Counted from the stretch's first letter, positions 46,123 to 62,006 are shown. The stretch is 64,000 bases of DNA from the human T2T-CHM13v2.0 reference genome, Homo sapiens (GCF_009914755.1 NC_060940.1), one strand, 5' to 3'. Notes: generated by a model not told the origin, from the letters alone. Numbers and translations: made by a program.

Positions 46123-47741
46123 TCAGGTGAGAGTCATGTGTACTTGACTGAATTGAAATCTGTTGACTGTGCTGCTGCTTTGCCCTGTGGGTGGGCCCAG
46201 CGCTTCTGCATGTGATGAGGCATTGAGACCTAGAGGGGACCTTTTCATCTGTCATCATGGTGGCTGCCATGTATTGAGGGCTTACTTTTTGCCAGGCTGT
46301 TGGCAAGCATTTCATGGCCAGTGGCTCGTGGAATCCACGCCACAGTACTTTATGATACGTTCTGATCCTTATCCTGTTGGACATACGAAGAAACGTAGCC
46401 TCGGAGGGGTTCAGCAGCTCATTGAAGCCCATGTGGATAATGGAGGCGAGAGTTCAGGTGGATGCCCAGGTCTCCTCACTCCAGAGCCACGGCTTCTACC
46501 TCTTGCCTTGCCCGTGGTAGCCTTCCTCCCCTAGCCAGCATGCAGTTGGTATTGCAGAGCTGGGTGGAACTCTTTTTCCTTTTGTTTCTTTCTCAGCATG
46601 TAAAATACTACTCTACTTGAGTAGTAGGTTATTGGGGCACCTGGCATCAGCCTTCAGGAGTCGAGTAGATGTGGTAAATTCTACATCTCCCTTGCTCCCT
46701 GCATTCCTCCCTCTCCTCTTCCCTTTTTCCTTTCCTCTCCTTCCTCCCTCCTTCTTTCTCTCTCCCTCTCAATCCTTATTGCTTTCTCCGACAACTGTTT
46801 TTAGAGGGCCTGCCATAGGCCAGGCCCCGGTGGATGCCATGATGCAGACCTGAGACATGGTCACTCCCCCTGGGGCTCCCAGCCTGGAGAGGAGGGAGTG
46901 GTGACTACACCACAGGACGTGTTTCTTAACACGGTGCTGAGGACATCCAGGTGCAGCTGGAGCACCGTGTGGAGCTCCTCACCCATTCTAGATCAAGGAA
47001 GGGTTCTTGGAGAAAGTGACATTTGATCAGAGGGTTGAAGGTTGAGTATGAGTTCTTCAGGTCAAAACAGGGAAGTGAGATGGCCAAAGCTCACTGAAGA
47101 ATTCTAAAGAGCCTACATGTGCAAAAGCAGGGAGTATTGTTGAATTTACCGGTGGATCTTTGTCTAGGCAAGGGTTTGTTTTTTTGTTTGGATAGTAAGC
47201 AGGCACAAAACCAGATAGTCCACCAAGACAAGCCTGATGGAGTCCCAGCTCTGTGTCCTTTTGCATGTGTTTACAGTAATGAGCCCAGGCAAACGTGACA
47301 GGGTTCTAGGAGCAGGATCAGTTCTCATGAACTGTGGATTCAGATCTGTGGCTGTACATAGGGCCAGCTCAGAACCAAACCTGAGCATTCTCCCATCAAA
47401 GGGTGAAGACTCTTGGCTTCATAGATGCTCTGCTCTGTTCCAGCAAGGGTGGGATAGTTGATAACCTTGCAAACCAGCCTGTGGATCTTGACCTCCTCTT
47501 ACTTTAGTCAGAAATCTTTCTAACATCTGTTATTCTAACAAACAGTGCCTTTGGTATTGATTAATATTGATTAATATCAAAGGCATTGATATTAATAACA
47601 GTATCAGTGATATTAATATCACTGCCTTTGATATTATCTTTTGATCAGAGGTAAAGACAGCTGAACTCTTAATGTATCTACCTTTAAGGGACATCTTTTT
47701 TACTTGGCTCTAGGTGTATCATAAACTTTGTAGTAGGCATC

Positions 47742-48108
47742 TGGTAACGGCTTGGCTGTGTCCCCATCCAAATCTCATCTTGGATTGTAACTCCCACAAG
47801 TCCCACGTGTTGTGGGAGGATCCCGGTGGGAGGTAATAGAATCATGGGAGCGGGTCTTTCCCATGCTCTTCTCATGATGGTGAATAAGTCTCATGAGATC
47901 TGATGGCTTTAAAAACGGGACTTTCCCTGCACAAGCTCTCTCTCTTTGATGTCTGCCATCCACGTAAGATATGATTTGCTCCTCCTTCTGCCATGATTGT
48001 GAGGCCTCTCCAGCCATGTGGAACTATAAGTCCATTAGACCTCTCTCTTTTGTAAGTTGCCCAGTCTTGGGTATGTCTTTATCAGCATTGTGAAAACGGA
48101 CTAATACA
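47742..48108 (+). mobile_element. THE1A-type MaLR solo LTR
   Basis: tggctgtgtccccatccaaatctcatctt...gccatccacgtaag...gtgaaaacggactaataca; perfect 5-bp TSD gcatc. Confidence 0.92.
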
Positions 48109-48862
48109 GCATCCAGGTCAGCCCAGGTACAAGTTGTAAGGTAGAGGCAGCATGGAAAGTTAAAGGCCTTTCTGGCATCGCATGAAGATTTGAGGAGCTG
48201 ATACAGGGATTTGACCAGATCTCAGCAAAGCCCAAACAAGTCTTGTTCTTCCTCATGTGTTAAAAAAATGTGTTGACTTTCTAGCATCCAGCCCACATTG
48301 ACTTGGGCACCCTCAATGTAGTTAACTCCACAATAATACACTAGAGTTACTGAAGAGGCTCTCCTGCCTTTTAACTAACCCCAGTAAGACAGATGAAGCA
48401 ATTGAGTTCTGTGTTTTACACTGGGAAACTAGCCAGCATCCAGCCCTCATCCTCCGGCATTCTAGCAAGGGGCAAATTCATACAAGGTACTAAACCCCTC
48501 GCATACAAATGACTTCTCTGTTGTTCCACTCTTTCCTAATAATTAATCCTAGTGATGATTAATCTTTTCGAACTTACATCATCTGAAGAACGGTCGTGTT
48601 CGACATTCTGGAGATCTGAAAAGTGCTCTATGTGTTTAATGTTAATAGGCAGCCACTAGAAAGGTGCAGAATAAATCGAATTAATATTGTCTGGGAGTTT
48701 GGGATGTCGTAACCAGCAGAGGCCCAAAAATGAAGTGGATGCTGGCAGAAGGCATGAATCACCTCCCTGCAACAGGAGAATGTTCTTATGATTTTTTAAT
48801 GACCCCCTGAAAATGAATGTGCACTATTAAGGTAAACTGTTTAAAAATTAAGGCTTTTGTAA

Positions 48863-49336
<474 letters not shown>

Positions 49337-50049
49337 ACTGAGCCTTCAGGTTTTGGTGGCATTTATGTAACACGTCTACTGGCTAGCTGATTCCATCTTC
49401 AGGCGGCAGGGTCTGGCTACCATCCCTAATCGAGACCGGATTTGAATCTATCTTTGAAAGGGAAATTTGGACTTGGCCAATGCTCAGATAAGTTGGGATT
49501 ATGGGCTGGGACTGTGGTGAAGTGTAGGATGAGGCTGGAGACTCCCTGTTGGGGCTTTTGTACAAGCCAGCATTGCTGTTGTCATGCAGTGCATCTGGGG
49601 GTCTGGCGGATTGGGGTGCTGCTTTTCTGGGGACATAGCAGTAGCTCTTCCTTTCTCCCCATTTTACTTCCCTTGTCATCCCACAGAGCTGAATGTTCCG
49701 ATCATGACCGTGTGGTTAGGAACAGCCCTGTTTAGCGCATTTCTCACCTTTTCCTTTTCCTCACTTCTTCTCTTGGACTCCTTCCCCCAACCCAAATGAT
49801 CTGCACCCCAGTGACAACGTGGAGTGGCTCCGCGGAAGATGGATGATACACACTTGTGATGTTGCTCATGTTTTATGGTTAACTGCCTGGAATTCTTCAG
49901 AGTTCTTTTCATAGCAGTTGAAGGCTGAAAGGCACACAGAAATGACCAACTCAATTCTGTCAACATTTGCTGAGTGTTCTTTTTCTGTGTCAGGCCCTGG
50001 GAACTGGAGCTTATCTTACACAAATCTATGGGGGGAAAGTAAGTTCTCT

Positions 50050-50672
<623 letters not shown>

Positions 50673-50939
50673 AAATGTTCTCGGTCTCTGTAGAGAGATG
50701 GACAGATATTGACACCATACTGCTATTCTCCCTTCCACACCCATGGCAGGCATCATTAATCAAACAGGATACTTTTCCCCAATGATCCCTGTCTAAACTT
50801 CCAGCACGTTCTCAGCACAGTGTTATAGATGGCCACTTCCAGTTGGTCCGAGTTGGCACTCGAGGTCAGGTTCAGCTGCTTTACCTTGCCTCCAGCACAG
50901 TCCATGACAGCAGCAGCATCCTGCTCTCTCTGCCTCTGC

Positions 50940-51790
50940 TCTGGTCACTCTTACCCCTTTCTTTACAACACAGAGCTTTCTTTTAAAACTACAAATATGC
51001 TCAAGATATTTTCCTGCTTAAAACCCTTCAGTGACTTCCCGTTGCAATTAAAATGAAATCCAGATGCCTTACCATGACTTGCAAAACCCTGCCTGACTTG
51101 GCCCTGCCCACCTTTTCAACCCTGTCTGGTGCGCAGCTCCCCAACCTATGCTGTTCTCTGCCTGTATCACCTCATTTCAGTTCCTGGAACAAGCCGTGTT
51201 TTTCCCGCCTCAGGGCTGGGCTGACCAAAGTCACCGTCTCTTGAGTTTTCCCACTGTCCACGTGAAAAAGCTAGGGGCACAGAGACTTGATTTGCCTGAG
51301 GCCACATGGCGAGTCAAGAGCCAGAGGGACTTCATTGCAAAGCTGGTGATGCGGGGCAGGCTGCCTCCCTGCAGTGACCACACGAGGGAGCCTCCACCGA
51401 GTCTTCTGACTCCTGTTGCTCTCCCTAAGTGAGTGTCTAGAATGCGCTTTTCTCCCCCACTCCCAAATGCCTTGCAGGGCTTGCTTGCCCTCATTCCTTC
51501 ACACAGACCTTGGACTTGCCACCTCCTCAGAGAGCCATTCCCTGGCCTGCCAGGATGTACCTTGCCCCCTTCAGCATTCCAGCTATGTTTTATGGAGCAC
51601 TTGTGACAATTTGCAGTATGTCTTATTTATTCCTGGTTTGAACTTGTTTTCGGTTTCTCCACTAGTCTGTAAGCTCCCTGGTAGCAGGATTCCTGTTTGT
51701 GTTATTGGCCTCCATAACTAAAGCACCAGCATAGTACCTGGCACATAGTAGGTGTTCAGTAAATATGATTTGGATGTGTGCATGAATGAA
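50940..51790 (+). mobile_element. L2 3' region with an embedded MIR fragment
   Basis: cctgcttaaaacccttcagtgacttccc...gtacctggcacatagtaggtgttcagtaaat...tgaatgaat. Confidence 0.75.
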
Positions 51791-52379
51791 TAATGGAAAT
51801 GGTCAGGCCAGTCCTAGGATTTTAGGCCTGGTCTGGATCTAAATGAACATCTAACCAATTTCCATGTCGTGTATGCGGCTAAGCGAAGAAAAAGAGTGGT
51901 TTCATCTCCCTGATGTGAAATGGCCAGTTGGACCCAGCATGAGTTTTTGCCAATGTAGAGATACTTTTGTGACTTATGTCCAGTGGACCACATCAGATGG
52001 CCCCAAATAAACCTTCTTCCTACCATTTTTCATCTTTTACAATTCCCTTTGAAGAATGGTGGGGTTTTTTTTTTTTGACTGTCACATGATGTTTAAAGAA
52101 AAATCAAGGAAGATAACTTCCTGCATTCTTCAAAGATCTACCGTCAAAGGGATTTACCTAACAATTGAAGTAGGGTAGAGGGTTGCTGTTCTTGGGGTAG
52201 TGCCTTCAGCCAAGTCAAAAGGGATGAACTGAGCTGACGCTGAGGTTACCTCTGCAGTCCGACCTGTACTGGTCAACTGTGCTTGGACCTAGATCACTCA
52301 GGTAGCTCAGCTCTGTCTCATACTGGTCTGGTTGGACTTACGAGATAATTCAGAGGAACTGCTTTCATTCTTTCTAGGA

Positions 52380-52595
52380 CAGGGTTCAGCAAACTTTTTC
52401 TATAAAAGGCTGGATAGTAAATATTTTTGGCTTTGTTGTCCAGATGGGTCTCTGTCACAACTGCTCAGCTCTGCTGTTGTAGCAGCCGCAGACATTGTGT
52501 AGATGAGTGGGCTTGGCTGTATGCCAATAAAACTTTATTTACAAAACTTGCATCAGCCCGGATTTAGCCTCAGGGCCATAGTTTGTACACGTCTG
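52380..52595. mobile_element. MER58A hAT-Charlie MITE
   Basis: cagggttcagcaaactttttct...gatagtaaatattt...ccaataaaactttatttacaaaa; perfect 8-bp TSD ttctagga. Confidence 0.92.
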
Positions 52596-53246
52596 TTCTA
52601 GGAGTGTTTAAACGAAAACAAAGAAAATGTAAAAGACAGCTTTCATTAGTTGTCAAAGTTTGCCTGCAAACTGCCTTGAAAGCTTCTGAAGCTGGTCCTT
52701 GGACTCAGGAGCTTGTTCTTAAACTTGAGAAACATCATTGTCTGACTTCCCGTTTGGGCAAAGAGTCAAGCCATGATTTATCAGTTGCAATAAATAGCTT
52801 GTATTTTTCCAAATAGACAATCACGTTCTCTTCATTAGCAACCCATCTGCTGGACCTGCAGTAGTACTGAGGAAAGATGCCTTGGTAAACACAGTAGCAG
52901 GATTGCAAAGTGCAAACGAACCCTCTTGCTTTGGTGACAGCTTGTTTGTGGAAACTGGACCATTCTGCAAATGAGTTCATCGATCTTGCCTAAATACTGG
53001 AAGGGCCTGTTCAACATTAGGGGAAATGCCAATGTATTTTGAGACAGATCAAACAAAGCTGCAAGTGGACAAATTTTAGCATTTGTTTTTTAACGAATGA
53101 GCAGATGGTAGGCCTTGAATGCCCCAAATGCTTATCTTTGAGTTAGGTTGGGGGGAAAATAGGGAAACCAAATCCAAAGTGAATACGTTAATACTGTGCC
53201 ATCACCTAGAAACTATTTGGGCTGCACGTTGGAGTTGCAATTGTGA

Positions 53247-53622
<376 letters not shown>

Positions 53623-54707
53623 GTAATAAGTCATTTAAACATTAAACTGTCTGATTAGGAAACAGAGGCACAGGTTGATTAAATAGGATGTAAAGGTCCC
53701 TGGATTGGGTTGTAAAACTTAGTCCCTTTCCACCATACCGTCCAGCTCACTAGGGAAAATGAGGAAAACAGAACTTCGTTTAAAGTATTTTCCCTCTCTG
53801 TAGACACTTTCTTAAAAACATAATTGAACTCCTGCTGTGCATACAATTTTGTTTGTTGCTTTTTACCCCACTTAATCGTCTATCACAAAGCCTTTTCTAT
53901 CATTATGTTGACTGCATTGCTGTAATTTGTAACAACTGTGTGATATTCCAGCTAGTGGATAGACCAGAGTTTTAGTCAATTTCCAATTGTTGGGCCTTTT
54001 TAAAAAAAAAACAAAAAACAAAAACAAAACTTTTACTATACTGTAAAATGCTGCAGGGAATGCCTTTTGTGTACAGAATTTCCCCATGTTTCTAGTTATT
54101 TTGGAGGATGTGGTCTCATAGGCAGAATTGTTGAATGAAGTGCTAAGGTTTTTCTGACTTCTGTTTCGGGTTTCCATATTGCTCCCCAGGATTGTGGCCA
54201 TTTTAAAGTGTCACCAGCAAACAGGCCCTCTTGGCCACTCTCACCAGCATTCATAACTGTTGCCATTGGAACTCCAGTAGGCAAAAACCTAGCTCCTTAT
54301 ATTTGTAATTCATGAGTCACTGTGGAGATGGAATACTTACTTTTTTCTGTGTTTATGAATTGAATTTCTTTTTGGTGAATAATCAGCTCATTTCCTTGGC
54401 CTATGTGTTTCAAGGGTTTTTCCTCTGGGTTATGTGAGGACTTGGTATCAATAAAGATGCTGGCCCTTTGTTTTAATGGATTCGTAAGTTCTCATGTCTG
54501 GGAATTGTCATGAATTGTCCTGCCCTTCTGGTTGTGTGCCCCAGTTTAGGTTTTTAGCAGTTGTTGTGATTTAGGCACTTGGACAGCCCATATTTTGAGG
54601 ATGAAACCTTCAAGTCTGTTTGAGGATACTTTAAAGGGCTTATGGCCATTAAGGGGGAAGATGCATTTGTAGGCCATGTTAGTAGATGTGGTTTAAATGC
54701 TTGAATT

Positions 54708-54995
54708 GGCTGGGAAGGTGGCTCACACCTGTAATCTTTGAACTTTGGGAGGCCGAGGTGGGCAAATCACTTGAGTCCAGGAGTTCATGACCAGCCTGAC
54801 CAACGTGGTGAAACCCCGTCTCTACTAAAAATACAAAAATTAGCTGGACATAGTGGCGTGCGCCTGTAATCCTTCGGAGACTGAGGCACAAGAATCGCTT
54901 GAACCCAGGAGGGTGGAGGTTGCAGTGAGCCAAGATCGTGCCACTGCACTCCAGGCTGGGCCACATAGTGAGACTCGGCCAGAAACAAACAAATA
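54708..54995 (+). mobile_element. AluS SINE
   Basis: TSD aaatgcttgaat. Confidence 0.9.
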
Positions 54996-55639
54996 AATGC
55001 TTGAATCGTGGCTTTTGTTTGCTTTGGTAAACAAAGGAAGAGTTTTCGTTTTTAATCTTTCAGTGGGCTTCACGGTGGAGTAGTGGAAACGTTGGGGAAT
55101 CTGGCTATTCATGAGAGTGTGATTCTCCCCAAAGCCAACAAGGACCCTTTTCCTTTTCTTTTTGAGACAGAGTCTCACTCTGTCACCCAGGATGGCTGCA
55201 GCCTAGAGGGTGACTGTGGGCAGAAGATGTCCCCTGAGAGGGCTGGAAAGGAGATGACACACAGAAGTCAGCACACATTGGTCCTTCAAAGTATCCTATG
55301 GAGACACCTCTGTACTCACTATCAGCCTCAATGCTGAGTTCACAGCCCACCCAGCATGGGCTTGGAGGGGCATGGAGGCTGGTTGGGGGAGGTGGTCCAC
55401 CCGGAACTTGTCCTCCCAAGCCCCAGCCTGGCAAGTTGTAGTCTTGGGAGACTGAAACCCTGACCCTCACATGCAAGTCACCACAGTTCTGGATGAGAGA
55501 TGGAAGAGCAGCTTGATTTGCTGGAAATGCCTTCCTCTTTGTCTTCATCTTCTTTGTCTTCTTTGTCTTTGTCTTCCTCCTCCTCCTCCTCCCCCTATTC
55601 TTCCTCCTCCTCCTTCCTCCCTCCTCCCTGCAAAAACAT

Positions 55640-56065
55640 GTAGTCAGTCCAGGTACCCATCAATGGTAGACTGGATAAAGAAAATGTGGTACATATACAC
55701 TATGGGATACTATACAGCCTTAAAAAGAATGAAATCTTGCCCTTTGCAGCAGTATGAATGCAGCTGGAGGCTGTTATCCTAAGCAAATTAGTGCCCCAAC
55801 AGAAAACCAGATATTGCATGTTCTGACTTATAAGTGGGAGCTAAACAGTGGGTACTCCTGGACAGGAAGATGCTAACAATAGACACTGGGGGCTACAAGA
55901 AGGGGAGGAAGGGAGGAGCAAGGGTTGAAAAACTACCAGTTGGATACTATGCTTACTGCCTGGGTGATGGGATCATTTTTACCCCAAACCTTGGCATTAT
56001 GCAATATACCCATGTAACAAACCTTCACTTGTACCCCCGAATCTGAAATGAAAGGTGAAAAAAAC
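55640..56065 (+). mobile_element. L1PB/L1MA 3' end
   Basis: ccatcaatggtagactggataaagaaaatgtggtacatatacac...gggttgaaaaactacc...atatacccatgtaacaaacc. Confidence 0.85.
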
Positions 56066-56074
56066 CACACAAAC

Positions 56075-57085
56075 AACTTTATTGAGATATAATTCACATG
56101 CCATACAATTCATCTATTTAGTGTATGATTTAATGATTTTTAGTATATTCATAGAGTTGTGCATTCACAACATTTTAGAACATTTTCACTCCCTCACAAA
56201 GAAGCCCATTTTCCTGAGCAGTCACTCTCCACCCCAGGGCCTGGCAAGCACCATTCTCCTTCCTGTCTCTGTGGATGTGCCTGTTCTGGACACTTCATAT
56301 CAGTGGAATGATACAGTGTATGGCGGTTTGTGATAGGTTTCCTTCATTTAGCATAAGGTTTTCAAGGTTTATCTACATTGTAGCATGTATCAGGATGGCA
56401 TTCTCTTTTATGGCTAAAACAGATTTTACTATAAGGATATGCCATATTTTGTTTACCCTTTCGTTAGTCGATGGACATTTGGGTTTCACTTTTTGGCTGT
56501 GATAAATAATGTTGCAATGAACATTCACGTACAAGTTGTGTGGACGTGTTTTTCATTTCTCTCGGGTATAACCTAGGAGTGGGATTGCTGGGTCAAAGCG
56601 GCTGTACCTTCCCACCAGCAGTGAATGAAGGTTCCAGTTATTCTACCATGTCCTCACCAAACACTTGTTATTGTCTGTCTTTTTTTTATTGTAGCCATCG
56701 AGTGGATGTGAAGTGGCACCTTCACGTTTGCAAATCAGTGGTTTCAATTTGCATTTCCCTGATGGTTGATGGTGTTGAGTATCTTTTCATTCTACAAATG
56801 GCTTACTGGCCATTTGTAGATCTTCAAAGGGTGTCTTTTCAAATCTTCTGTCCATTGCTTAATTTGTTTAGTTGTCTTTTTTATTGTTGAGTTGTATGGG
56901 TTCTTTGTGTATTGTGGATACTAGACCCGTATCAGAGATACGTGATTTGCATACCTTTTCTACCATTCTGCAAGTTTCTTTTCATTTTCTCGATGGTGTC
57001 CTTGAGGCATACCTGTTTTTAATTCTGATGAAGTTGAATTCATCTATTTTTTCTTTTGTCATGTACTTTTGGCATCATATCTAAG
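56075..57085 (-). mobile_element. L1MB-type 3' end, tail-to-tail with the previous L1
   Basis: ctttattgagatataattcacat...gatggacatttgggtt...aatttgcatttccctgatg. Confidence 0.85.
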
Positions 57086-58246
57086 TTTGTCTTTAAAGCA
57101 GTGTTTCTGTTAATTTTAGGCTTCAAAATGATTTGATGTTAGAGCTGAGATGCTGTCGGCTTCAGCCCAGAGGTTTTGGGGGTTGTTGGTTGGAGAGTTG
57201 TTCATTCCCTCTCTGGACTTAGCACTGCATTGTGTGTTTCCCCACCTGAAATTACTTAGGGCTATGTCCGTCTGCCTACTGGCATCATAGGCACTCAGAA
57301 GATACCCGCTGAATGGATGGATGATGGGATGATGACTTCCTGTTTGGGTCTCAGCTCCCTACCTTACACGTGGCTCTCATTCTTTGCCTTTATGTTTCTC
57401 TCTCCTTTTCACCCATCCTTCTCTTCTCTGAGTGTGTGTATGTGTACTTTTCTCCCTCATTCCTTCCTTCCTCCTTTCCCTGTCTCTCTCTGTCTTTGGC
57501 TTTGTCTCTTTCTCTTGGAATCTGTCTCTGTCCTGCCCTTATTCTGTCCCTCTGTGTCTTTTTTTTCATTTTTCTTTAACTTTTTCTTCTAAGCTGTTGA
57601 CCTTATCAGATGAACTTTGCAGTCAGTTGGAAACAGGCTCACTTGCTCACTCTTTCTTTCCTTTCTCTCTCTGTCCCTGGTGTTCAGTAAGTTTAGAGAA
57701 GAAATGCACAAACTATTGAGTTCCCCTTCACCAACGTGCCCCAGAGTTGGCAGAAGTCAGAGACCAGCTGGCACCAGGCATCCCGCAGTGCTCGTGTTTT
57801 CAGCTTGCTGTGTATGAGGCTGTCCCCTGGGCCTGCGGTACTTAATTTGAAATTTGGTTAGGAAGCGGCAGTGATCCATTTTCACATTTGGAGGTACATA
57901 TTTGGCATGTCAGATGGGAGCAGTACAGACAGATTTTTTTTTGTGCACTACTGCTTGAGTTTGTCAGGAGTTTTATTATGGAAATCACTATTTCTGCCTT
58001 TCCATTTTCCCAAGTTACTTTCCTATATTGATATATTTTCACCTGCCTAACATTGGCATATTTTTCAGGGTTCTTGCTTTACGATTCAGTAGCAAGACTC
58101 AAAATAACACAGAGGAAAGAAGTGAAAAAACCTCTGGGTAAAAAAAAGACTTGCATCCACATTTTTTTTATTGAAAGGAAACTTCATCAGTGTTTTGAAC
58201 AGAAAACTTAAACACAATAAAGGTGGATGAAAACATGGGTTGTAAA

Positions 58247-58247
<1 letters not shown>

Positions 58248-58284
<37 letters not shown>

Positions 58285-58291
58285 GTGTGTG
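58248..58291. repeat. (TG)n microsatellite
   Basis: Alternating tg run with two ta interruptions. Confidence 0.95.
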
Positions 58292-59940
58292 CTTGGAGTG
58301 TAGATTCTGACATAAAAATCACAGTTCTTTTGGCAGTGTATAGAAACCTTAGGAAACTGAATGGTAACAGGTAAAGATTCAGAAATGAATAGCAACTTAG
58401 GGATTACTGGAAAAGTACAATTTTCTGTTTCTGTAGGACTTCTTTCTGCTAGGGTAGGGGACGGAATAAATGTTATTTAAAACTCTCTGTTTCCTTCCTG
58501 TCCTCTCTGTCTCATATATGCTGCTCCTGGTTGCATAGATAGCCCAGAACTGCTTTACGTACTTATTTCCCAATACTATGGGCTTTGATTTTATATCTGT
58601 TTTCCCACATCAATCTGACATAAATCTCATCAAATACCCATCCACTGTTGCCCCAACAGTTAATACATCATCTGGTTGAACCAAAAGATCAAACTGGAGA
58701 AGGGAATGCGGTCACTGTTAGTCTTCTAGTGTCTATTTTCAAAGCCTTCATTTGAAGACCCATGGGGAGTCTGAGGAGGGCATGGGGCAGGGGAGAAGCC
58801 AGGGGTCTTGACCCTTCTGTTGAGGGTGACCTCTTTTTGTACTTTCATTTCTCGCTATTCTTCTTCTTGTACTTTATACCACAGCAATGCTGAACTACTT
58901 GGGATTAAGCAAGGCTATTATTTACTGCAATGGTTGGTGCCTAGAAGCCCTTTTCCCACTACGTCTTCTCTGTTGCATGACTTTCCGCATCCCTGAAGAC
59001 TTAGTTCGAGGTGTCACCTACTCTGGAAAGACTCTGTGGGTCCATTGAATGCTATTCTTCCTCCTGTCATGCTGACTGCTGTCACTACCGCCATCTGTCC
59101 CACTGTGTTGGAAAACCAGCCACAGGCTACCACTGATAGAAGACTCCCTATGTGCCAGGTACCACAGTGAACACTTTGAGATGCTGGCGTTCCTCTTTCG
59201 CATCTCCCTTGGCCCTGTGCTGACATTAGTCTGAGCACTCGTCACATGCTTCGGTGATCAAGCATTTGGTCATCCGTCCTCCCCTAGTGGATTCTGAGTT
59301 GCTTGGAGGAAATGCTTTGTACCTTCTTCCTGCCTTGGGAACTGTGCTTGACACGTGGTGAAGGTCAGCAAGTCGGTGCTGCATGAATGGATGGAGAAAG
59401 CCGGGTGGGGAGTAAAGGCACTGGGCAGCATGAGGGCTTTCCTGGAACTTGAAGGTTGGTGCAGGCTTGGACCTCCGGCTGGCTGGGTCATTCTTATAGA
59501 ATATCTTGGGAAACTGACTCTCAGTCTCACAGTAACTTCTCAGGAATGTGTTGGCTGTTTGCAGCAGTTGTACCTGGGGGCAGGCAGATGCCGTGCCCCA
59601 GTCTCCAGAGTAGGCAGGTGGGAGGTAGGACAGGAGGGTGCGAAGCTCTGTCCACCCCCGACTCCTCACCCCCACCAGCATAAAACAGAAAAAGGGAGTT
59701 TCTGAAGCCCAGCGGTGTTTCCTCTCATGCACAGCGAGAATCACAAAGTGTGTCCACTGAAGGGCCTTTGGGGAGGTGGGGAGCTGTGCCTCTGTCTGGG
59801 AGTGGGCAGTTTCCCCTGCTTTATGCGCTTATCTCTAAGCCTCCCAGATTTTGCAATTAAGGACATTTCACGTTTTTCGTGTCTCTCTGACCATCATGTT
59901 GCTGTTCTGTTGTGACAGCCATGCCCCTGGATAGGATTTA

Positions 59941-60605
<665 letters not shown>

Positions 60606-60765
60606 TCATTGTGGTAAAACATATGAAACCTAAGATTTACATAAGATTTATAACTGTAACAGTTGTAAAAAAAAAATACCCAGAACCTTATTTGTGAAAG
60701 GGAGGAAATTAAGGGGTAAGAAGGCCTTGGCCTCTCCATTCCATGGCAGCCTTTTGGATGGGCAC

Positions 60766-61084
60766 TTTTTTTTTTTTTTTGAGACGGAGTCTCGCTCTAT
60801 CACGTAGGCTGGAGTGTACTCTGGGAGGATCGCTTGACCACCCAGGCATGATCTCGGCTCACTGCAGCCTCCGCCCCCCGAGTTCAAGCGATTCTCCCGC
60901 ATCAGCCTCCCGAGTAGCTGGGATTACAGCCACGTGCCACCATGCCGGCCAATTTTTGTATTTTTGTAGAGATGGGGTTTTACCATGTTGGCCAGGCTGG
61001 TCTCAAACTCCTGACCTCAAGTGATCCGCCCGCCTTGGCCTCCCAGAATGCTGGGATTACAGGCTTGAGCCACCGCGTCCGGCC
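60766..61084 (-). mobile_element. AluS with an internal insertion of about 25 bp
   Basis: Full dimer; non-consensus actctgggaggatcgcttgaccaccca at 60818-60844. Confidence 0.9.
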
Positions 61085-61169
61085 TTGAATAGGTACTTGT
61101 GAGGAACGTCAGTGGGGACCGCAAACCGCTGCATTGCAAACCATGCCAATAATAGTGTTACTGGTTCTT

Positions 61170-61660
61170 TGGGTTTGGAATTGTGCTTGGCTGCTGGTAA
61201 CAGAGATATGGCCCTGGTGGCTTAAATGAACAACGTATCTTTCCTAGAAGGTCACACTTAGGCAGTGCAGAGCTGTCGAGTGTCTCTGCCACAGTCTAGT
61301 GTCCTGGTCCACTTTATCTTTCTGCTCTACCATCCTTAGCTGTGGCTCTTATCCTCAGGTTGGTCTAAGATGCCTGTTGAAGCTCTAGCCAGCATGTCTG
61401 TGTTGTAGGTAGCAAACAGGAGAAAACAGGAAGGCCAAAAGGACTCTCCCCCGCTAACTGTCCTTCCTTTAAGGAGCTTTCTCAGGAGTCTCATCTCACA
61501 ACTTGAGTTTACATCTCACTGGCCAGAACTTAGTCGGTGGCACCACTTTGATGGAAGGGGCGTGTGAAGTGTAGTCTTTTAGCTTGGCACATGGCCTTTC
61601 TGAATAGGGCTTCTGTGATGAAGGAAGAAGGAGGGGATGGATGCCAGGCAATCTGTCCTG
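61170..61660 (-). mobile_element. MLT1 (K/L-like) MaLR LTR
   Basis: gtggcttaaa...acatctcactggccagaacttagtc...gaagtgtagtcttttagct. Confidence 0.65.
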
Positions 61661-62006
61661 GTTGTAGAGGTAGTGCTGGAGGTAGCTGATGTTCATTGCG
61701 TTCATTGTTTGTTGCCAGGAAGTGCATTCTGTACCTGACATGTATTAGAGGTGGTGTGTAGTGACCAGCTGGAGCCCACGTCTCTAGCACCAGTGAGGAT
61801 TTGGCTGATGAGCAGAGTTTTTCAGTGGTCAGAACCCTCTTTGCTGGGTCGTATGTAGCCTACTGGACCGTGAACTCCTTGAGGACAGGAGTATTTACTT
61901 TTGTCTCCCAAAGCACCTGGCTCAGTACCAAGGAAATGTCACCAAATGTTGGCTTATTTAAACCAAAGCTATTTCTATTGAAAACTACAATTAAAAAATA
62001 TTTTTT

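Noticed and set aside
55158-55194. 35-bp Alu 3' fragment as an exonised acceptor
   Set aside because: Severely truncated remnant with no supporting donor or frame.
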